From an uncultured Thermoprotei archaeon (lineage in GTDB: Archaea; Thermoproteota; Thermoprotei; QMSL01; B3-G16): a stretch of 64,000 nt of DNA. The position numbers and the translations under genes are program-made. The stretch lies in NCBI GenBank assembly GCA_964517845.1, contig CAZFCQ010000003.1:35978-99977 (forward strand), given 5' to 3'. This document shows positions 58,274 through 64,000 of the stretch, piece after piece (positions within the stretch are counted from its first letter, which is position 1; every line of letters begins with the position of its first letter). Under the pieces are notes generated by a model. The model was given only the letters and a program-made list of their open reading frames with translations, had not been told where the DNA came from and searched no databases.

Positions 58274-59434
58274 ATGCCTGCTAATCTGCCTGCTGAAGCA
58301 AAAGCTAAATGGATTAAAGTTATGGAAGCTAGAACTCCTGAAGAGAAATTAAAAGCATTACAGGAATTCCTCTCTTGTGTCCCTAAACATAAGGGAACTG
58401 AAAAGCTTATAAGTCGAATTAGACGTCAAATGGCTCTATTACGTAGAGAGATAGAGGAGCGACGACGAAAGAAACATAGTACTTATTCTCCTTTTTCTAT
58501 ACCACGAGAGGGGAATCTTCAATTAGTACTTATAGGTATGCCTAACTCTGGTAAAAGTTTACTACTTAGAAGATTAACTAATGCTAAACCTAAGGTTTCT
58601 CCTATACCCTTCTCTACTAACATACCTGTACCTGGTATGTTTATTTATAAAGGCGTCCTAATACAGATCATAGAAGTTCCTTCGTTTTTCCTCCTCTCAA
58701 GTAAGGGTTCTCTAGCCTCTCAATCATTAGCACTTATAAGAAATAGTGATGGTATCCTCATGGTTCTTGATGCTAGTGAAGATCCCTTAGAACAATTCAA
58801 TAGGATAACTAAAGCCCTTGAAGGAGCACATATCAACATAGTTAGATCATCATGCTTAATTGAAATAAAACGTACAAGAGAGGGGGGTATAAGGATTTTT
58901 GGTAAGCTTAGAGGGTGCACTCATAACGATGTCATAAAACTTTTGAATTCTTATAGAATCTTTAATGCAGTAGTTCATATATGGGGCGAAGCAACCCTTG
59001 ACGATATAGAGAACTCCATATTTGAAAGTTACGTATACAAGCCTACTATTGTCTTAGTAAATAAAGTCGAAGATAAATCTGCACATTATAAAGCTATTAA
59101 GGTAAAAGATCTATTAGAGGAGAAAGTACCTACTCTCCTTATCTCAGCTAAAAGTGGTAGTGGCTTAGATCCCGAAAAACTAGGTTCCTTAATATTAAAA
59201 ACATTAGATGTTATTCGCGTATACACCAAAGAGCCTGGTTCGCCCCCATCTCCTAAGCCACTTGTTTTACCAAGAGGAGCTCGAGTAATAGATGTAGCTC
59301 GTAGAATTCATAGCCATTTTGAAAAGTATTTTAAGTACGCTAAGGTATGGTCAGAATACTTACCTTATTCTCCTCAAAGAGTAGGTGCTGACTTTGAATT
59401 ACATGATGGGGATATAATTGAGATACGAGTATAG
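58274..59434 (+). CDS. DRG-family (Obg-like) GTP-binding protein with a C-terminal TGS domain. The G3 motif is divergent
   Basis: G1 is GMPNSGKS. A YKG..IQ.. block is present as in DRG, but the G3 site reads EVPS instead of DxPG. The C-terminal TGS is ...LHDGDIIEI. Confidence 0.65.
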   Translation: MPANLPAEAKAKWIKVMEARTPEEKLKALQEFLSCVPKHKGTEKLISRIRRQMALLRREIEERRRKKHSTYSPFSIPREGNLQLVLIGMPNSGKSLLLRRLTNAKPKVSPIPFSTNIPVPGMFIYKGVLIQIIEVPSFFLLSSKGSLASQSLALIRNSDGILMVLDASEDPLEQFNRITKALEGAHINIVRSSCLIEIKRTREGGIRIFGKLRGCTHNDVIKLLNSYRIFNAVVHIWGEATLDDIENSIFESYVYKPTIVLVNKVEDKSAHYKAIKVKDLLEEKVPTLLISAKSGSGLDPEKLGSLILKTLDVIRVYTKEPGSPPSPKPLVLPRGARVIDVARRIHSHFEKYFKYAKVWSEYLPYSPQRVGADFELHDGDIIEIRV

Positions 59435-59498
59435 CATTTAGCTATTTTAAGAAATACCTTAACTTTTCTTAAGTTTTTAGAAGTAGTAGGGTCTTACA

Positions 59499-61244
59499 AT
59501 GAGAAGAGCATCCAGAGATACTAACGCTAAGGAATTATTTCTCTTACGAGCTGGTACTATGTTAGCAGTCTCCTTACTTACTTTTTCATCACTATCCTCA
59601 TCACCTTTATCATTAAGCCTAGCATTCATAGCTCCTCTTCTAGCCCTAAAAAGCATGTCGTATGCAGTTATCTACGACCTCATAGCTTATTGGTTCTTAT
59701 GCTTTCTTTATCAGACACCTTTAGCTGTAATACTGCTACCCTCAATCATAATAATTATTTTACAATCTCTAAATACATGGATTAGCGGTCTAGGATTCAT
59801 TTCAATAATGTTATCAGCATTGAATAATCGCTTTACGTTTTTTGCTCCGTCTATTCTTTTAATCACATCCTCCTTTATGCCTGCAAAGGAAGCTCTAATA
59901 TTCTCCATATTTACTTCCATCTCTTCTCTCTGTTTATTAGTATGGAGTGGCTCTTATCAATCTTTACTAATGGTGATTCCTCCTTTCATGAATTTCTCAA
60001 TACCCACTGGTATGCAGTTTAATGGAAGTATAGTTGATACGATTCTTCAATCCTACCCTTTCATTTCTAGTCTTCTACGGATATTCCTAGCTGATTTAGT
60101 AGTACCATTACAATTCTCCCTCTACGTCTCCTCCTCCTATATATCATCAATGATTCATGAAAAGATGAAACATAGATTAGGCGCATTTTTATCGTTGCTA
60201 GCATCCACATTTTTACCCTTGGTTTTGATTATTGCAAATCATGGATTTCTCTTAGCTAAATATGGGCTTTCAATCCCTTATCATAACTACTTGCTCTTGC
60301 TAATAGTAACTTTAGCTTTATGCTATACTTTAACTCAAATCTCGCTTCTTTCAGAGAGACTAGCATATGCCTCTAACTCCTCTAACTATGGTTATTATCA
60401 AAGTAGCCCTTTAAATAAAACCCTATCTCTCGATGATGTAGGAGATATGGAATGGCTTAAGGAAGAGCTTTATGAATCAATAGTACTTCCACTTATCGAA
60501 TCTAAATTAATGCGATATTATAATGTAAAGCCTGTTAAAGGTATACTTTTATTTGGCCCTCCGGGATGTGGTAAGACTCTAATAATGCGTGCATTAGCTT
60601 CATCGATAAGAGCTAATTTCCTTTACATCAGGTTTAGTGATATCCTCTCTAAATGGTATGGAGAAAGTGAGCGTAGAATAGCTGAAATCTTTGAGAAGGC
60701 AAGAAGTATGAGACCTTGTATAATATTTCTTGATGAGATTGATGCGCTAGGACGTAGTCGTGATTCATATTCATCTGATGATGTAGCGCCTAGGATACTA
60801 AGTGTTATATTAAGCGAGATGGATGGTCTGGATCCAAGCGAAGGCGTTATCGTCGTAGCAGCTACAAATACTCCTCACCTCTTAGATCCTGCACTCTTAA
60901 GACCAGGTCGTTTCGATAAACTAATATACGTTCCTCCTCCTGACTTAAAAGCTAGAGCTGAAATCCTTAGAGTTCACCTCCGTAATATGCCCCTAAGTGA
61001 AGATGTAAGTATAGAGAAATTAGCTTCACTTACGGATGGTTTTTCTGGCGCAGATTTAGCGATGTTATGTCAGGAGGTAGCTAGAAGAGTGGCTCTAGAA
61101 GCTGCTAAAACTAAGCATTACCGTAGAATTACAATGGAAGACTTTCTCAAGGTCCTTTCTCGCATGAAGCCAAGTATAACATCAGAGCTTTTAACTAAGT
61201 ATGTAGAATTTCAGCGATTTTATGAAAGGAGATTTCTAATATAA
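59499..61244 (+). CDS. Membrane-embedded AAA+ ATPase (N-terminal polytopic TM domain + single AAA module)
   Basis: The protein has about 300 aa of TM helices, then Walker A (GPPGCGKT), Walker B (IIFLDEID), SRH and sensor 2. Confidence 0.75.
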   Translation: MRRASRDTNAKELFLLRAGTMLAVSLLTFSSLSSSPLSLSLAFIAPLLALKSMSYAVIYDLIAYWFLCFLYQTPLAVILLPSIIIIILQSLNTWISGLGFISIMLSALNNRFTFFAPSILLITSSFMPAKEALIFSIFTSISSLCLLVWSGSYQSLLMVIPPFMNFSIPTGMQFNGSIVDTILQSYPFISSLLRIFLADLVVPLQFSLYVSSSYISSMIHEKMKHRLGAFLSLLASTFLPLVLIIANHGFLLAKYGLSIPYHNYLLLLIVTLALCYTLTQISLLSERLAYASNSSNYGYYQSSPLNKTLSLDDVGDMEWLKEELYESIVLPLIESKLMRYYNVKPVKGILLFGPPGCGKTLIMRALASSIRANFLYIRFSDILSKWYGESERRIAEIFEKARSMRPCIIFLDEIDALGRSRDSYSSDDVAPRILSVILSEMDGLDPSEGVIVVAATNTPHLLDPALLRPGRFDKLIYVPPPDLKARAEILRVHLRNMPLSEDVSIEKLASLTDGFSGADLAMLCQEVARRVALEAAKTKHYRRITMEDFLKVLSRMKPSITSELLTKYVEFQRFYERRFLI

Positions 61245-61319
61245 AAACCTCTTAATAACTTATTTAAAGAATTTCCCTTTGAAAATATCTTAGAGAAAAG
61301 ATCTTGTGGTGAATTTCTA

Positions 61320-62807
61320 ATGAAAAGGAGAAAATATGCATTCTATAATGGAAATAACAAGTGCATCATCTTTGGATTCTCTCTGTTAATACTTGTCCTA
61401 TCTATCTATGGTCTCCTAATGATAGCCAGTACTTTACGTGGTGCTAGTGCTGAGCATGTTTACTATGGTTATGTTCCTCCTAGTACTGATATCGAGAATA
61501 TTGATGAGCTGATTAATGGTGAGATAAGAAACTACACACCACCCCCTGGAACAGCACTACTAGACATAATAGGCACAGAGGATAATACAAAGGTTGAAGT
61601 CTACGATATATCAACTGGTGAAAAGATAGTAAGCATTACTGTAGATAGGTTAGAGAAGAAGACACTATTCATACCATATGGTACTTATTTCAAAGTAGTA
61701 AGTAATAAGAGAGTAATAGCCCACCTAGTCGGAGGAAATGATGGTCCCAGTATGGATCGTGGTGAAGCAGGCTTCTACCCATCAGTAGAGGGAGGGTTTA
61801 GAGGTAAAGAGTTCATATTCATACCTATGTCAGTATCTGACAGCTATGTAACGGGGCACTCTAATGGTTATAATGCTTATATTCTTGGTCTAACAAAAGC
61901 AGACTTTGAGCTAGTAGACTCATCTGGTGTTTGGTCCTCAAAGAGTACTGTTGATCAACACGGTGCTAAAATGTACTTATTATGGGGTAGAATTAATCAT
62001 GGAGATGCAGCGATGGGCGCTGGGAACTCCATGATATTCCATCTAACCGCTAGTGATGATGTGATGGTAGCCTCAATGAATAGTGGTGCTTTAATAGCAG
62101 TACCAGCAGTTACAGGAGGTTTTGTTGGTAAGTTATTCCTAGCACCAGTACACATGTCGTTCCGCCCAGGAGTAGGTACTGCTGGCTTGCTAATTATTCC
62201 TTGTGAGCCTGGTAAGGTTGAGATTTATGATGCTTCTAGTGGTGAGAAAGTCGCTGAGAAAAGCTTTAGTGAGAGTGATGTAGCCCAAAACACCTACTGG
62301 TTTAGAAAATTCGGTCAAACTAGGGAGAAGGAGTACATAATTAAGAGTACTGGTAATATTGTTGTTTATACTGGTGTTACTGATGGTAGTGAGGATCCTC
62401 AGGATATGGGTCCTGATGTTACTATTGTTGGTGCTAGACCTAATGAACTCATTAAAGTCTTCGTACCAACTATTGGTATAATTTTCGCTCCTGAGGATGT
62501 TAAGGTTACGATTGATGGTGTTATGAGGAGGCTTAAGAAGGATGAGTTTACACTACTCGATATGGGTGTTCACTCAATTAAAGCAGATGCTCCCATAATA
62601 ATCGAACTAGTCTGCACAAAAGGAACACCATGGGCTTGGGGAGAGTATCTGATTGAGCCTGCTGATATTCTCAAATCATACGAAATACCAGAAGGCTTCG
62701 GTGAAATCAAAGCCGGTTTAAACATTACAATGATAGTCGGAATAGCAGTTGTGGTCATTATTGTAGCTCTTGCTGTATTTATAATGATGCGAAGGAGAAG
62801 AAGATAG
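61320..62807 (+). CDS. Secreted/cell-surface protein with an N-terminal signal anchor and a C-terminal TM anchor + poly-Arg tail
   Basis: An N-terminal hydrophobic segment is present. The C-terminus is ...ITMIVGIAVVVIIVALAVFIMMRRRRR. Confidence 0.55.
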   Translation: MKRRKYAFYNGNNKCIIFGFSLLILVLSIYGLLMIASTLRGASAEHVYYGYVPPSTDIENIDELINGEIRNYTPPPGTALLDIIGTEDNTKVEVYDISTGEKIVSITVDRLEKKTLFIPYGTYFKVVSNKRVIAHLVGGNDGPSMDRGEAGFYPSVEGGFRGKEFIFIPMSVSDSYVTGHSNGYNAYILGLTKADFELVDSSGVWSSKSTVDQHGAKMYLLWGRINHGDAAMGAGNSMIFHLTASDDVMVASMNSGALIAVPAVTGGFVGKLFLAPVHMSFRPGVGTAGLLIIPCEPGKVEIYDASSGEKVAEKSFSESDVAQNTYWFRKFGQTREKEYIIKSTGNIVVYTGVTDGSEDPQDMGPDVTIVGARPNELIKVFVPTIGIIFAPEDVKVTIDGVMRRLKKDEFTLLDMGVHSIKADAPIIIELVCTKGTPWAWGEYLIEPADILKSYEIPEGFGEIKAGLNITMIVGIAVVVIIVALAVFIMMRRRRR

Positions 62808-62871
62808 GTAAACTTATATAAACTACTCTATTGTTTTTTTATCTTAGAGATTCATTTGAAAGGGGATTTTC

Positions 62872-64000
62872 ATGCGAATTAGGCTATTAATCATTAGTTT
62901 CATATTGATAACTTTACTGTCATTAACAGTACCATACACTTCCTTAATAAAAGCCCAGCAAAGTTCTGTAAGGACACCTCATGGTTTCGAAAAAATAATA
63001 GAGAGCTTGAATAAGACGGCCATAATGGAGCATGTCCGTTTCTTCTCAAGTCTTGGTTCTAGGGTTACAGGATACCCTGGTTTCTTTAAGGCTGCTGAAT
63101 ATATAGTCGCAAAACTCCGTGAATATGGTGTTCAACCCTATGGTGATAGCTACTTTGAGTACTTCAATATAACAGTACCTATTGACAAAGGTTGCTATGT
63201 AGAGCTAGAGAATGGTACAAAGATAAAGGCATATGCGCTTTGGCCTAATCTAGTAAATCCTAGCCCATACGAGAGCCCTGAAGAAGGAGATATCTTAGTA
63301 TATATTGGTAAAGGTACTTTCGAAGAACTAAAGGGTATTAACGTAGAAGGGAAATTTGTTCTAATGGATTTCAATTCACGCTGGTACTATAAGATCCCAT
63401 TGTTACATGGTGCTAAAGGTGTGATATTTGTACCTGAAATACCTGAGCTAATAATGCGTCCAGAAGCTGAACAGAAGTTACTGCTTATACCATTACCTTT
63501 CCCAAGGCTTTATGTCCCATTAGAAGAAGGTGGCGAACAACTACTTAGACTATGTAAAAGTAAAGGAAGTGAAGGTATCCGTGTTCATATCAGGCTAAAT
63601 ATGCAGTGGGAGAGTATCCAAGTTCCAAATATTGTTGGTTTCGTAAAGGGCACAGATCCAGAACTTTCTGAAGAAATAGCTGTAATAACTGCTTTCTATG
63701 ACTCATGGTCTATTGTACCAGCTATTTCCCCTGGAGCTACAGACTCTTTAGGAATAGCTTTCTTACTAGAATTCGCTAAATATCTCGCACAAAATCCTCC
63801 ACGTAGATCTGCTCTAATAGTAGCATTAGCAGGACACTGGGAGGCACTATGGGGGGCTAGAGAGTTTGTTGAAAGACACTTTGATGAATTAGATAGAATT
63901 GTAATGTTCGCAGGTTTAGATCTTGCTAGCGATTCTAATACAGTAGCGTTATGTGGTGTAGGCTATACGTATTCATTCATTTACCAGTACATCGTTAACT
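62872..64000 (+). CDS. Secreted M28-family metallopeptidase with a PA domain (3' end outside the window)
   Basis: A signal peptide is present (MRIRLLIISFILITLLSLTVP). The open frame is uninterrupted to the window end. M28-like ...ALAGHWEALWGARE... is present. Confidence 0.6.
   Translation, partial: MRIRLLIISFILITLLSLTVPYTSLIKAQQSSVRTPHGFEKIIESLNKTAIMEHVRFFSSLGSRVTGYPGFFKAAEYIVAKLREYGVQPYGDSYFEYFNITVPIDKGCYVELENGTKIKAYALWPNLVNPSPYESPEEGDILVYIGKGTFEELKGINVEGKFVLMDFNSRWYYKIPLLHGAKGVIFVPEIPELIMRPEAEQKLLLIPLPFPRLYVPLEEGGEQLLRLCKSKGSEGIRVHIRLNMQWESIQVPNIVGFVKGTDPELSEEIAVITAFYDSWSIVPAISPGATDSLGIAFLLEFAKYLAQNPPRRSALIVALAGHWEALWGAREFVERHFDELDRIVMFAGLDLASDSNTVALCGVGYTYSFIYQYIVN

Noticed and set aside
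1-64000. CRISPR arrays, IS elements/transposases, integrases, rRNA genes
   Set aside because: No direct-repeat/spacer periodicity, transposase-like ORFs or terminal inverted repeats were seen. The window looks like a stable chromosomal core.

Overview
This window is a 64 kb chromosomal core region of an AT-rich crenarchaeon, probably a Thermoprotei member with Desulfurococcales/Sulfolobales-like gene content. It contains no CRISPR array, no rRNA genes and no obvious mobile elements. The most unusual observation is that two essential, highly conserved genes, TBP and the POR gamma subunit, are each interrupted by a short insert. The inserts are 28 nt and 24 nt long. Each forms a perfect GC-rich hairpin with a stop codon in its loop, and deleting the insert restores the canonical protein exactly. 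They are candidate non-canonical mRNA introns or ribosome-bypass elements.

The window is densely packed with informational genes:
- thermosome
- RNA polymerase subunits RpoK and RpoP
- TBP and TFB
- aSUI1
- topoisomerase VI subunits B and A
- glycyl-tRNA synthetase and a valyl-type class I tRNA synthetase
- the tRNA-splicing endonuclease catalytic subunit
- an Lhr helicase
- the Alba chromatin protein

It also carries central metabolism and isoprenoid-lipid genes:
- a pyruvate/2-oxoacid:ferredoxin oxidoreductase operon in gamma-delta-alpha-beta order
- enolase
- the archaeal HMG-CoA synthase / thiolase / DUF35 mevalonate-entry module
- GGPP synthase and geranylgeranyl reductase
- UDP-GlcNAc-related genes (GlmU-like, GlmS-like and AglH)
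- deoxyhypusine synthase and agmatinase
- NMN adenylyltransferase and phosphopantetheine adenylyltransferase

Other notable features are a tRNA-Gln(CUG), a candidate C/D box sRNA, and a cluster combining a KaiC-like ATPase, two Roadblock/LC7 proteins, a divergent DRG-type GTPase and a membrane-anchored AAA ATPase.
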